Below are positions 7,535 to 18,351 of a stretch of 64,000 nt of DNA, piece by piece; positions within the stretch are counted from its first letter, which is position 1; each line of letters opens with the position of its first letter. A program made the translations under genes and the position numbers. The notes under the pieces are model-generated. The model was not told the origin of the DNA, ran no database searches, and saw only the letters and a program-made list of their open reading frames with translations. Source of the DNA: Thermoplasmatota archaeon (GTDB lineage Archaea > Thermoplasmatota > E2 > DHVEG-1). The stretch covers positions 197,722 through 261,721 of the forward strand of contig JAOZSQ010000001.1 in assembly GCA_029939595.1 (NCBI GenBank), in the 5' to 3' direction.

Positions 7535-10336
7535 ATGGCAGCGTTTTCACTTTCAAATCTACGCTATGAAGATGTTCGGGAAGGTTGTGTTGAATTTATA
7601 AAAGATAATACCGATATTGTAGGAGATTTTGATTTTAAAGGTAGTAACATCAAAACCTTAATCAATATTTTATCTTATTTCAATATGATGTTTTCTTATG
7701 AGTTGGCTGGTGTTGCCAATTCAATTTTTCTTGATACAACCGATCTAAGAAAAAATGCAGTTTCAATAGCTAAATCACATGGATATCGCCCAAAACGCAA
7801 GTTAGCTGCCAAATTGGTAGTAAAATTTGAGTATATTGGCGAAAATTTTTCTCCAGAAGATAAAATAACCATCCCAATAAAAACTATATTTAAAGGAAAG
7901 GGCACAGGATTGCCTTTTGTTAATATTTCGCCAGTTACTCTTAAATATGAAAGCCCATTAAAGTTGTCTGTTGAATTCATGTTATATCAAGGTGAATTTA
8001 AGAGTTATGAAACATTTGGAACTGGTAAACTTCTACAAGAGTTTAAAATACCATCGGAAAATGTTGAAGAAAAAAATATGACTGTTTTTGTAAAGGCTAC
8101 AAGTGGATCGTATGATGAGAAAGAAAAATGGACCCAACTTGATAGTTTTGCTAATATGATTGATGATAAAATATATTTTGTTGAAGAAGATGTTGCAAGA
8201 GGTTATTGGCCGAAGATCATATTTGGAAATAGTATTATTGGTAAAATACCACAAAACACAGAAACAATATTAGTAGAATATATAGAAACAAAGGGTTCGG
8301 AAGGAAACGGTGAAATTGGTATTGCTATACCAACAGATGATGTAGAATATTTAAGTTATGGAATTAATAATTTTTCACCTAAGAATCTTATAGGAGTTGT
8401 TCATAAATCTTATCCTTCTTTTGGAGGCACCGATAATGAGGATATAAACGACATTAAAACGAATGCACCGAAGTTTTACTCATCAGCGGGTAGGGGAGTT
8501 ACTGATACCGATTATAAAGCCATTTTGAGTAGTTTTTCAAGCGATTTGAAATATTTTAATGTGATTGGTGGAAACCAATTATATCCTAATGATAAAACTA
8601 AATTGGGTGTTTCATATATCACTGCGGTTCCATTTTTAAATGATAATTTTGAAGAGAACGAGTCAATTTATTTATCCGAAGTAGAAGAAAATGCGTTGTT
8701 ACCATCAATTAGAAAGGTGGGTGTGATCGCTACAGAACGCATTTTTATGAAGCCCACTTATATTTTCCTTGATATATCTACAAGTATTGAAGTTCCAGTT
8801 CAATACACAACATCAGAAATGAAGACTACATTGCAGGTTGTTCATACTGTTCTTAAAAAGTATTATCGTGATAATTTATCTGGTTTGGGTTTACAGTATA
8901 GACAATCCAAGTTGGGTTCGGCGGTTGATAATACCAGTGGTGTTGTATCATCCACAATTGAGACTTTGTTTTATTTTATGATTACATATGAGTCTTTTTA
9001 TAATACGAGAGAAACAGTAATGTATCTACCGGTGATTTATAAAAGGGATGAATTGGGTAATATTGAAATGGATAAAAATAATAATCCTCTTACAACCAAT
9101 ATTATAAAGAGAAAGTCAAAAATTATTGAACAAGAAAATGAGAAGGATCAAGTTATAAAATTAACTAACGGTAAAGGTTATACTCAAGAAGATTTACCAA
9201 TTAATTTGTGTTCAATTTATGGTAAAGTTGAACATGCGAATATTGAGCGTTATATATTTAATATTGATAAACTTAATACTGAATTTTTACAAATAATTCC
9301 TATTACACATAAAATTATTACTTATAATAAAATACCTTTTTATGATGTTACCAACACGTATTTTATTCCAGATATAATAGAAGTGGCAGCTAATACTTGG
9401 AATGTGGAATTTAATAACATTTATGTTGCAACAGTTTATAGAAATGAAGATGTAACTGGATTAACTTTGGATCAGTTAAAAGAAAAGTTGAGGGATAGAT
9501 TAGGAGATAGTGAATATGATGTTTTATCGGATGTTGAAAAAGAAAGACAATCCAATTTACTAAAAGATGAATTTTGTATTTTAAGACAGGATGATTATGA
9601 GCTTAATAAGTTGGGTGTAGATGGTAATATTGAAATTAAAAAGGTTCAAGAAACAAGAGAAGATGGTAGTATTAAAGAATATTTTTCTATGAATTTTATG
9701 ATTTCAAGTCTAATATCAGATGTGCGATTGTATACAAAAACAAAATTATTCTCATTTACATATGGTGAGGAGGGATATCTTGTTTCTTTTGCGAAGGCAT
9801 TTGGTGAAGGTTTTGAGATATCGGCAGAGGTGTTAGATGATAAAGTTACGTGTAGAATTTTAGCTGGTGAGAGTAGCATACTTGGGACAATAATTAAAAA
9901 ACTTGATACTGATGGAAATCCAGTAAAAGATGCTGATGGAAAGGAAGTTTATGAATTTTCTGGCACCAATAATGGATATTTAAGATCTTATGGTTTAAGG
10001 GATGATGTTATTTTAGAAGATGGTACTGTATATGGGTTTGGTTTTTATCATGATAGCTCTATTGGTCGGCTTAATTATGATACTGGTGAATTGAAATATA
10101 GAGAAAAGGTGAAGGGTTATCGTAATTTTGAAAACAAAGAAGCTTTCACACAAAATCTGAAAGAAATATTCAATAATTATTCAAAAGATGGCAAAATGAT
10201 GAATAGGATTCAAATTACTCCTGACAACATTTATAATAGTGAAGGTTTAAGAATTAGTGTAATGACTGATTTAGATGGGGTTTATAATCAGTGTCTAATT
10301 GCAGATATTAAAGCACCCGAAAGGAAGGTAGTTTAA
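7535..10336 (+). CDS. baseplate wedge protein, Baseplate_J / gp6-like, with a long C-terminal extension (933 aa)
   Basis: N-terminal GSNIKTLINILSYFNMMFSYELAGVANSIFLDTTDLRKNAVSIAKSHGYRPKRKLAAKLVVKF matches the Baseplate_J signature (..A..l..ldrvanE.FLdTA....l..la..lGY.p..a..A...v.f). Immediately follows the gp25-like gene, as in P2 W-J and Mu gp46-gp47. Confidence 0.6.
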   Translation: MAAFSLSNLRYEDVREGCVEFIKDNTDIVGDFDFKGSNIKTLINILSYFNMMFSYELAGVANSIFLDTTDLRKNAVSIAKSHGYRPKRKLAAKLVVKFEYIGENFSPEDKITIPIKTIFKGKGTGLPFVNISPVTLKYESPLKLSVEFMLYQGEFKSYETFGTGKLLQEFKIPSENVEEKNMTVFVKATSGSYDEKEKWTQLDSFANMIDDKIYFVEEDVARGYWPKIIFGNSIIGKIPQNTETILVEYIETKGSEGNGEIGIAIPTDDVEYLSYGINNFSPKNLIGVVHKSYPSFGGTDNEDINDIKTNAPKFYSSAGRGVTDTDYKAILSSFSSDLKYFNVIGGNQLYPNDKTKLGVSYITAVPFLNDNFEENESIYLSEVEENALLPSIRKVGVIATERIFMKPTYIFLDISTSIEVPVQYTTSEMKTTLQVVHTVLKKYYRDNLSGLGLQYRQSKLGSAVDNTSGVVSSTIETLFYFMITYESFYNTRETVMYLPVIYKRDELGNIEMDKNNNPLTTNIIKRKSKIIEQENEKDQVIKLTNGKGYTQEDLPINLCSIYGKVEHANIERYIFNIDKLNTEFLQIIPITHKIITYNKIPFYDVTNTYFIPDIIEVAANTWNVEFNNIYVATVYRNEDVTGLTLDQLKEKLRDRLGDSEYDVLSDVEKERQSNLLKDEFCILRQDDYELNKLGVDGNIEIKKVQETREDGSIKEYFSMNFMISSLISDVRLYTKTKLFSFTYGEEGYLVSFAKAFGEGFEISAEVLDDKVTCRILAGESSILGTIIKKLDTDGNPVKDADGKEVYEFSGTNNGYLRSYGLRDDVILEDGTVYGFGFYHDSSIGRLNYDTGELKYREKVKGYRNFENKEAFTQNLKEIFNNYSKDGKMMNRIQITPDNIYNSEGLRISVMTDLDGVYNQCLIADIKAPERKVV

Positions 10337-10338
10337 AT

Positions 10339-10989
10339 ATGTTCATGGAATTTATTACAAGCAAAAACAACTGTATATCGGTTAGTAATGCAAAAAACAT
10401 ATCTAGCGGATTATTAAAGTTTTATTCTATTAAGAAAGAAGTGTATTGGCATGTTGGTCCAGCTAAGAAATCCTGGATAAAGTTTAATGCTATGGAGTTA
10501 ACAGAATTAGGAGAAATTAAGTTTGTACAAAATACAACCGCTACTGCTAAAAGAATGATCATAGAAACATCTCTTAATAATTTCGTTTGGGAAACTGTTT
10601 ATGTGATTGATGAAGAATATATGAATGAAGGAAATTATGAAATTAGTTTCAACAATATTCCGTTTATCTTTTTGAGAATAACTTATTTTGATCATGGAGA
10701 CATCCATTTGAGGAATCTTGAGATTTCAGGTTATGAAGAATATAAGACGGAGAAATTTATTTCAGTTTTATACAGCAGTTTTTATGAATCTAAAGTGCGG
10801 GAATTGTTTCCATTTTTTCCTAATATGTTAAAGACCTATTTGAAGATGCTTGAAACTAATTATAATGTTGAACATTGTCTTGTGCCAAAGAATTTTGAAG
10901 TAAAAATTGAATCTGAAGATGTAACCGGTGTATCTGGTGCATTAAACACTGAACCAATAGATATTAGATCAATATCCAGCCTGGATTAA
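10339..10989 (+). CDS. baseplate-associated hypothetical protein (position analogous to gpI/gp48)
   Basis: Translationally coupled to the J-like gene. No recognised motif. Confidence 0.35.
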   Translation: MFMEFITSKNNCISVSNAKNISSGLLKFYSIKKEVYWHVGPAKKSWIKFNAMELTELGEIKFVQNTTATAKRMIIETSLNNFVWETVYVIDEEYMNEGNYEISFNNIPFIFLRITYFDHGDIHLRNLEISGYEEYKTEKFISVLYSSFYESKVRELFPFFPNMLKTYLKMLETNYNVEHCLVPKNFEVKIESEDVTGVSGALNTEPIDIRSISSLD

Positions 10990-10991
10990 AT

Positions 10992-11366
10992 ATGGATTTA
11001 ACAAGAACAATACATAAGGGAGATATATTAAATGTTCCTCTAATCAATGAACTTCCATTGGAAGGTTGGAAGGAGATTGTTGAAACAATTGTTGAGGAAT
11101 TGGATTCGTATGTTGTTTATAGATTTTCAGGTATTGCTACTAATATTTCTAATGCTCAATATATATGGGATTTTGATGATCCTTATGCTACAGAAAAGAA
11201 TCCTAATATACAAATTTTTAATTTTCCATTTTCTACTGTTAGTCATCTTTTCAGGGTTGCGGGAACTTATCATATTCGTTATATGGTTAAAACAGAAGAT
11301 TATATAATTGAGGCGGTTAAATGTGTTGAAATTAAAGAGGAAGAACTTCAAGGAGGGGGATCATAA
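10992..11366 (+). CDS. PKD/Ig-like domain protein
   Basis: WDFDDPYATEKN...HLFRVAGTYHIRYMVKT matches the PKD signature WDFGDG....H.Y...GTY.V.L.V. Confidence 0.45.
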   Translation: MDLTRTIHKGDILNVPLINELPLEGWKEIVETIVEELDSYVVYRFSGIATNISNAQYIWDFDDPYATEKNPNIQIFNFPFSTVSHLFRVAGTYHIRYMVKTEDYIIEAVKCVEIKEEELQGGGS

Positions 11367-14300
11367 TGAAGATTTTAGAATTCCAAAACTTTGTTAAATG
11401 TTATGAGAATAGTTTTGGGCACATTCTGAAGGTCCCAGGAAAGGATAGATGGGATGCTAGAGCAGTAGGCGTTGATATTGTAAGTAAATATATCAATGAT
11501 ATTGGCATTGTTATTGATAATAATTTTCTTTATGATTTTGATGGTGAGTTTGCTGTTGGATTTTCAACAAAGAGTCGGGGTCTTGTTCATTCGTGGAAAG
11601 ATCTTTATTTTGGGTATTATTTTAGAAAGGATTTAAATATTATTCGCATAGTTGTGAATGGTGAATTAGTCCAGTTAGAAAAAGAGATAGTTGATGAACC
11701 GGCATTTTTAAGAATTAATATTGATCCTAGTCTTAAAGTTGTATTCCGCCAAGGGAATGATATATTATATACCTCTGATGTTGAAATAAAATATCCTTTA
11801 CTTATTTATTTTCTTAATAAAAATGCTTATATATCTTCAGTTTCCGTTTTTATTGAAAATTATATTGAAGATAAAACAAAAGTTGTAAATATAATACCCG
11901 ATATTGATAAGCCAGTAGATGTTGGAGAAAAAATAACATTTACTTTTAATAGAAATCTAAAAGAAGATATTTATCTCACATCAAATATTCTAGCCATAAC
12001 AACAGGCGATAAAGAGTCTTTTACCAAATATACTATAACACAAAAGAATAATACTTTGAGTATTGTTCCAGATTTTGATTTTGCTACTAATACTGTTTAT
12101 AATGTCCATTTAACTGATAGAATACTTGATTATTTAAATTTACCTATATTTTCTGAAGAAATTAGATTTATCACTGAAGAAGCGGAGTCACCGGAGATAA
12201 GTGTTTCGGAGTTAAATAAAAATCCAAATGGTGTATATTTTATGTTAAAGAATTTTCATAAAATATTGGATATTCATGAAGTATTGAAAGATACAACATT
12301 CAATTTTTATTATACTCCTAGTTTTTATAATGTTCAAACCAAAAACTATGAACCGGTTGAAGTATATGATGTAGATAGAAAGGAAAATAGACCTGCTAAT
12401 CCGGTTATACATTATAATACCAAATTCTTTGAAGAAAAATTTAGAAATCAATTTTTATATAATTTTCATGAATATATTTCTGCTTTAGAAGGTGTTGATC
12501 TTACAAGAGAAGAATTGGTTACATTGAAACGAATCCTTTATAGGAATCCTTTGGATTTAAATTTTTATAAAGGTGTTCAAAGCCAATTACAATTTTTAAT
12601 TCAAATATATGCGTTTGCGTATGGGAAGCATTTTGTTTTTGTAGAAGAAGATCCTTATGATAAGTTTGTTTATCGCATTACAACAGATTTGGATAAAAAT
12701 AAATGGTTTAGTAATATTAAAAAAACTGTCCATCCTCTAGGTTGGACAGAAAGATATTTTGAAATAACCGATTTACCTTCTAACAGACAATTCGTTCATG
12801 ATCTTTCTAATAATATTAAATTCTTAGAAAGGGAATTATATAATAGTTTTTTTGCTATTAAAAGTAATATAGATTATTGTTTACATTCTACTAGTTTTTC
12901 TGGTGGTGAGTTTACAATAAAAATAGTTGATCTTAGACGCAGAATTTTAGATTTTAAAACGGCACATGAAGCTGGTCAGCTTACTAATGCCGAATATGCT
13001 GAAAATGTGGCTCCGTTACAGAACGAGTTAGACTCCATTGAAAGATTATCTACAGATATTGTCAGAACTGATGCATATTCAGAAAGAGATTTTGGTTACA
13101 GATGGAAAAGAGAACCAATTAATTTAGCCATTAAAAGACAAATAGAGGACAGACAGAATTCATTTGATAAGGGCGAGATATCAAAATTCATACGTGATAG
13201 AGATATTAGTATATTATTGGATACTGAATTTAGAAGAAGAGAAAATGAAAGAAACCAACGCTGGACCGAATCTTTTATAGGTGAAGATCATGATCATGTA
13301 AAATATGGTTTTCATTATTATTTAAATGCTGTTGATTATATGATACATAAAGGCAGTATTGATGAAAAAAGTTTTTATTCAAAAACTGAAGTAAACTATA
13401 ATCCTTCCTCATACCAGCTTACCAGAGATTATGATTCGTTTGATTTATTGAAAGAATTATTTGATTATAATAATTATTCTCATGAAAATTATCATTTTAC
13501 AAGTGGAAGAAGTGTTTATTTGTTAGAATATTTATTATCGGGAGTTGGCACTGAATTTACTTGGGAAGTTTATAGATATGGACGATTGATTTTAAGAACT
13601 GAAAAGCAGGAAGATTTTAGTTCGGATTTATATCCAATTCCAAAATACGAACACCAAGATAGTTTTAATAGGAATTTAGATTTTGTATTTGAGCCTCATG
13701 CGAGAAAGGCTAGAATGACAAATACCCATGATGTGCCTTATCGGGTTGTTATAACTTTATATAATAGCAATCAAAATGATTCTTGGGTTAAGAGAGTTTT
13801 TGAATACGAATTATTTAAATTTTATGATAAAAATGTTAAGAGAACTACTAGAGAGTGGTACTCACATGCTCAGATTTATTCTCTTTTAAAAAGTAACCAG
13901 TTAAACAATGGTTATGTTAGGAGTATCAAGCATATTGCAGATAAAGATCATGATGATAAGTTAGCTGTTAGTGAAATATCCAGGGTTTTAATGATGCCGG
14001 TTGGATATGAAACTACTTGTTGTTATGATTCGTACAATTTATTGAGGGAATTATGTGAACATACTAATTTTTTACAAACTGAAAATATTGAATCAGGAAA
14101 AGTTCGGTATAAGTTTAATTATTTAAAAACTGGAGTTGGTACTGAATATATTTGGTCTTTTTATAAACAAGGAAGATTTCAAAAAGTTAGAACAACTGAA
14201 TATCCTGAAATTGAAGAAGTGCGAGATAATGAAGATGTACCAGAAAGGGTTTCGTTAGAGTTAAAAAGAGATAATTGGAAGAAAAGAATTTCTGATTATA

Positions 14301-14785
14301 TAACAATGCCATTTATGTTCAAACATAACAACAGGCATTTATATAAAGATTACCATTATATTAATACTACTAATTGTAATTCTAGGTATTGTTTAGATGG
14401 ATTTATGTTGAATGATTTTAAAGATAACAAAGTTGCAAAAAGTGATAGAGACAGTTATTATGGGGCATCAAGAATATATGATGATCCAAAGTTAAGTGAA
14501 GAATTAAATGAAGAAAAGAATTTTGGTATAGATGTTAGAATTGTTGAAAGTGAAGAAAGTGGTGCAATTGACAAACGGCAAGAGGTAGTTGTAAAATATA
14601 ATAAAAAAGGTATCGGATTGGAGTATCTGTGGGAGGTTTTTAATGTAAATAAAAAACTAACTGATTTTACTACGCTTCAACCTGAGTTGTCTTTATTAAC
14701 AAATGTTGGAGATCATTATAGGTTTAAATTAACCTTATTAAATAATGGTTGGTCTCAGCAGATGAATCATACATATATAATATAG
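11366..14785 (+). CDS. large (1,139 aa) virion structural protein, likely a baseplate periphery or fibre component
   Basis: Coupled (TAATG) to the upstream PKD gene within the baseplate block. No recognised catalytic motifs. Confidence 0.4.
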   Translation: MKILEFQNFVKCYENSFGHILKVPGKDRWDARAVGVDIVSKYINDIGIVIDNNFLYDFDGEFAVGFSTKSRGLVHSWKDLYFGYYFRKDLNIIRIVVNGELVQLEKEIVDEPAFLRINIDPSLKVVFRQGNDILYTSDVEIKYPLLIYFLNKNAYISSVSVFIENYIEDKTKVVNIIPDIDKPVDVGEKITFTFNRNLKEDIYLTSNILAITTGDKESFTKYTITQKNNTLSIVPDFDFATNTVYNVHLTDRILDYLNLPIFSEEIRFITEEAESPEISVSELNKNPNGVYFMLKNFHKILDIHEVLKDTTFNFYYTPSFYNVQTKNYEPVEVYDVDRKENRPANPVIHYNTKFFEEKFRNQFLYNFHEYISALEGVDLTREELVTLKRILYRNPLDLNFYKGVQSQLQFLIQIYAFAYGKHFVFVEEDPYDKFVYRITTDLDKNKWFSNIKKTVHPLGWTERYFEITDLPSNRQFVHDLSNNIKFLERELYNSFFAIKSNIDYCLHSTSFSGGEFTIKIVDLRRRILDFKTAHEAGQLTNAEYAENVAPLQNELDSIERLSTDIVRTDAYSERDFGYRWKREPINLAIKRQIEDRQNSFDKGEISKFIRDRDISILLDTEFRRRENERNQRWTESFIGEDHDHVKYGFHYYLNAVDYMIHKGSIDEKSFYSKTEVNYNPSSYQLTRDYDSFDLLKELFDYNNYSHENYHFTSGRSVYLLEYLLSGVGTEFTWEVYRYGRLILRTEKQEDFSSDLYPIPKYEHQDSFNRNLDFVFEPHARKARMTNTHDVPYRVVITLYNSNQNDSWVKRVFEYELFKFYDKNVKRTTREWYSHAQIYSLLKSNQLNNGYVRSIKHIADKDHDDKLAVSEISRVLMMPVGYETTCCYDSYNLLRELCEHTNFLQTENIESGKVRYKFNYLKTGVGTEYIWSFYKQGRFQKVRTTEYPEIEEVRDNEDVPERVSLELKRDNWKKRISDYITMPFMFKHNNRHLYKDYHYINTTNCNSRYCLDGFMLNDFKDNKVAKSDRDSYYGASRIYDDPKLSEELNEEKNFGIDVRIVESEESGAIDKRQEVVVKYNKKGIGLEYLWEVFNVNKKLTDFTTLQPELSLLTNVGDHYRFKLTLLNNGWSQQMNHTYII

Positions 14786-14792
14786 GAGATAA

Positions 14793-15077
14793 ATGGAAAA
14801 TTCATTACGAATCTTCCTCATAAAAAATTTAGGAGAGATACAAATAGAACTCAGCGAATTGCGAAAGGATGATAAATTCAGAGCGGAATATTCGGATGGT
14901 TCTTTTGTTATCGGTCCCAAGGGTAGATACATTTTTGTGGCTACATGTAATGCTTATGTGGAAGGAAATAGATATAAAGTAGAATTTAAGCCGTATCGGG
15001 AAGAATCGGTTTTTGAGAAGTTTTGGTCGGGAAGAGAATTGAATTCAAGAGATATAGTGTTGTGTGGAGTTAATTGA
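14793..15077 (+). CDS. hypothetical protein
   Basis: ORF with GGAGA SD. Confidence 0.35.
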   Translation: MENSLRIFLIKNLGEIQIELSELRKDDKFRAEYSDGSFVIGPKGRYIFVATCNAYVEGNRYKVEFKPYREESVFEKFWSGRELNSRDIVLCGVN

Positions 15078-15091
15078 AATATAAATAATAA

Positions 15092-15616
15092 ATGAATGAC
15101 AAGCAAACTAAAGCGAAAGAACTTTTAAGAAAAATAAAAGAATTGGCTGAAAGGGGTGAACAGGAAGAAGCTGTCTCAGCCAGAGAAAAGTTAAATGAGT
15201 TATTAACTAAATACTCTATAAAGGAGTCTGATCTTGAAAAAGAGGAATTGTTTTGGTTTGGATTTTCAGCAGATAGCCAATATGAATTTCGTTTGATGCA
15301 GCAAATATATGGATTTTTAACGAATAAAGTAAATTTTTCTTTTAAGCAAGATGAAAACGTATATTGGCTGAATTTAACGAATGCCGAAGGTTTAGAATTT
15401 AATATATTTTATGAATACTACCGAGATTGCTGGCAAAGGGAGTTAGGCCGGTTTTGGACATCGTTTTATACAAAACATAAGTTGTTTCCAGCTACAACGG
15501 AAGGTTGTAAGAAGGTTGAGGTGGATGAAGAAGATGAACAAATGATACGAAATTTAATATCCGGTCAGGATTCAATAACACTACAAAAAGTAAAAGGTTA
15601 CATAGAAAGGAAATAA
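15092..15616 (+). CDS. hypothetical protein
   Basis: ORF. N-terminal coiled coil, Trp-rich C-terminus. Confidence 0.35.
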   Translation: MNDKQTKAKELLRKIKELAERGEQEEAVSAREKLNELLTKYSIKESDLEKEELFWFGFSADSQYEFRLMQQIYGFLTNKVNFSFKQDENVYWLNLTNAEGLEFNIFYEYYRDCWQRELGRFWTSFYTKHKLFPATTEGCKKVEVDEEDEQMIRNLISGQDSITLQKVKGYIERK

Positions 15617-15625
15617 GGAGATATT

Positions 15626-17116
15626 ATGGGATTGGAAATGCACTATATGGCGGGAAGCGCAGTTGAATTTGAGAGAAGTTTATTTTTTGAATTATGCCAA
15701 TCAAACAGGTTGTTTATTGGGTTCGCAAGACAAGATCCTACGTTTGGATTATGTACACTCTGCAAAATCAACCACGACACTAATTCAGCCACATGGCCGA
15801 GGGATATTGTGGGTTTATCTGATGTATCGGATGATTCTGACAGGAATAAAAAGTATTATGATTTGGTTTCACAACAGCATATTCCAGGAATACAAGACGA
15901 TAAACGAAGAGTTTATATTGGTAAGATTGCGGAAAGCAGTCAAAATTTTCAACAAGATATGTCATTTTTGGATGATAAAGATGTTGGAGAAATTTATTTA
16001 GATTATATTAATGATGAATGGGTGAGAGTTCAGGGTATGAAACCATCATTCACTTTCAAATTACAGGATTATCTTAATGAGTCCACTCCTTCCACTAGAT
16101 ATAAATATTTTTTCTTTAATTATGATCATGCCTTTCTCACTTGTGCTGAGATAGAGCAAGTCAAGCCAATCAATTATCCTACCATACGTCAAGATGTCAA
16201 ATTGATGTATTCTCAATCAAGCAAAACAATACCAACCACTGATGTTAGGGATATTGGCGAATTAGTAAGAACAGTCAATATATTAGGAGAAACAGAATTG
16301 GTAGGTTTGGAAAAGACTTTTGAGTTTGATTTAAACTTAGTAAACTACAATTTTTTTATTACTACTCCAGAGGGAATAGTTATTCAGGATTATATGAAAT
16401 ATGTGGAAACCATTGTAACTAATAAAGAGAAAGTTATTATAATGGCTTATCCATTACCTCATGAGATTAATAGGGAAACAGGAGAAGTAAAGGAAGATAC
16501 TGGAAGAACTGGAAGGGTCCGAATCACAACCGGCGAATCAGATCCAAAAGTCCATGTTTATAATGAATCTTTACCAATATCTTCAATGGTTGCACCTATT
16601 TCAGACAAACATCCACCAGCATTACCATTAAATTATTTAAAATCATCCACAATTTCAAAAAGTGTTTTTGATATTGTTGGAATTAACAGGGTTGTTATTG
16701 ATGAAGTATGGTTCTGTAAGAGGTTAGACAAGGAAGAAGAGGAAATCTTTTATAAGAATCTTGGTTTTGGTGTTGAAGAAATTACTTTGGATTTAGACGT
16801 TACTACAACCACAAAATATGTAAAGACTCAGGATAGGTACAAAGCTATTAAGTACCATTTTGATTTAGTTCTTATTGATAAGAAGTTGGATAATAAAACG
16901 CCTTGCAGTAATATTTATAGGCAATGTTTTATTTGTTATAATCCTCGGAATAGGTATGGTGAATTGTGTTTGGATTACCATTCGTATGTACATGAGGATT
17001 TATTTGATCAGAATCGGCATTCATATGACATCGGCACGTTGCTTTGGATATCAAATTCACAACCTGTTTACAGGAAATTTATAGAAGAGTTTGAAAAATT
17101 TAAAATACTTTTATAG
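15626..17116 (+). CDS. hypothetical structural protein (496 aa)
   Basis: SD AAGGAGA. No sheath motifs (PGVY..EE, VRRLF) found. Confidence 0.4.
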   Translation: MGLEMHYMAGSAVEFERSLFFELCQSNRLFIGFARQDPTFGLCTLCKINHDTNSATWPRDIVGLSDVSDDSDRNKKYYDLVSQQHIPGIQDDKRRVYIGKIAESSQNFQQDMSFLDDKDVGEIYLDYINDEWVRVQGMKPSFTFKLQDYLNESTPSTRYKYFFFNYDHAFLTCAEIEQVKPINYPTIRQDVKLMYSQSSKTIPTTDVRDIGELVRTVNILGETELVGLEKTFEFDLNLVNYNFFITTPEGIVIQDYMKYVETIVTNKEKVIIMAYPLPHEINRETGEVKEDTGRTGRVRITTGESDPKVHVYNESLPISSMVAPISDKHPPALPLNYLKSSTISKSVFDIVGINRVVIDEVWFCKRLDKEEEEIFYKNLGFGVEEITLDLDVTTTTKYVKTQDRYKAIKYHFDLVLIDKKLDNKTPCSNIYRQCFICYNPRNRYGELCLDYHSYVHEDLFDQNRHSYDIGTLLWISNSQPVYRKFIEEFEKFKILL

Positions 17117-17123
17117 GGAAGTT

Positions 17124-17468
17124 ATGAAGACGATTAAAGAAACATTTGAAAATTTATTAGAACAAGAAGTTTATAATAAAGGTGAAATTACTGTTTTGAA
17201 AATGGGGTCTTTTGAAGAGGCAAAGAAATTTTCAAAAAGAACTAATTGGTCATTTGGTACTGCCGATGGGAAACATATGTGGGATACGTATCAGGAAGGC
17301 GGTTATCGTTTTTATGGTATTGTGGATAAAAATGGAAACAATAAGAATAAGAAATATATGGTTCAAGTAGACAAATCAGGTATTGATAAAATTTTTGATT
17401 CTAAAGATTATGAAGTTCCTGAAAGTATGCTTAAAGAAAAGGGAATATCGGTTGATATTTTTAAATAA
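17124..17468 (+). CDS. hypothetical protein (start moved to the ATG with SD; the ORF-track start 17091 is TTG)
   Basis: AGGGAAGTT-ATG context. Confidence 0.35.
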   Translation: MKTIKETFENLLEQEVYNKGEITVLKMGSFEEAKKFSKRTNWSFGTADGKHMWDTYQEGGYRFYGIVDKNGNNKNKKYMVQVDKSGIDKIFDSKDYEVPESMLKEKGISVDIFK

Positions 17469-17484
17469 TTTTTTTGGAGAATAA

Positions 17485-17766
17485 ATGCTTAATTTTAAGG
17501 ATTTCTTGGCGCAGGATGATTGGCGAGAGCTTAAAACCAATGCCACTATTAATGAATTACTATCAGACGATATGAGGCGATTTTCATATGTTTTTGAAGG
17601 TGTTGAACATAAGATAAGGTTAAAGAATCTGGTAATAAAAGGTGGTATAATCAGAGAAAAACAAGTAAGCGGTTTGGCAAAAATCCTTACAGAAGAGGGA
17701 AGTTGGCTTATTTGTTTTAAGGGATCTGATAAAATTAATGTTATTCTCAAAAAAAGAGAAAGGTAA
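17485..17766 (+). CDS. hypothetical protein
   Basis: GGAGAATAA SD. Confidence 0.35.
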   Translation: MLNFKDFLAQDDWRELKTNATINELLSDDMRRFSYVFEGVEHKIRLKNLVIKGGIIREKQVSGLAKILTEEGSWLICFKGSDKINVILKKRER

Positions 17767-17768
17767 TT

Positions 17769-17981
17769 ATGAACATTGAAAGTGTACGAGAAGAGTTATT
17801 AAAAAGCACCGAAGAGTATTTTGAGGGTGTTTTGGGTGAATTTACTCAGCATGTATCAAACGAAATTGAGAATAAATTTGAACTTCTACAAAAGAAATTA
17901 AAAGAGGAACTAAAGGAGGAGTTAATGGAAGAAATTGAAAATTATATACAAGTAAATATTTTACCACTTGTTTCTCAATAG
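17769..17981 (+). CDS. small coiled-coil protein
   Basis: K/E-rich heptads. Confidence 0.3.
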   Translation: MNIESVREELLKSTEEYFEGVLGEFTQHVSNEIENKFELLQKKLKEELKEELMEEIENYIQVNILPLVSQ

Positions 17982-17988
17982 GGGAATT

Positions 17989-18351
17989 ATGGTTTTTAGA
18001 ACAGCGATGATAGTATCTTTAATAATTGCTGAAATTGGTCAGAATTATGGAGAAAATAATTCTTTTGATAATGCCAAAGAATTTGTGTTAGGGAAATTAG
18101 GACCTCAATTAAAAGAAGGCAATAAACATGTTTTATATTTTCAAAGTAAAACAATTCTTAGTTCAAAGGTTGATCTCCCAACGGTTTTAGATAATTGTAA
18201 AATAGATAATTACACTATAGATATAACGGGGGATAAAGTATTGTTGGTTTTTCAAGAGGATGAAGGAAATAATCCTAGTATATTATATGATATTCTTCAT
18301 CAGATGAGTTTATCATATCAAACTTTAGAGGATAAAAGGAAGGAAAAATAA
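17989..18351 (+). CDS. hypothetical protein (ATG with AGGGGAA SD; the ORF-track start 17968 is TTG)
   Basis: Sequence context. Confidence 0.3.
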   Translation: MVFRTAMIVSLIIAEIGQNYGENNSFDNAKEFVLGKLGPQLKEGNKHVLYFQSKTILSSKVDLPTVLDNCKIDNYTIDITGDKVLLVFQEDEGNNPSILYDILHQMSLSYQTLEDKRKEK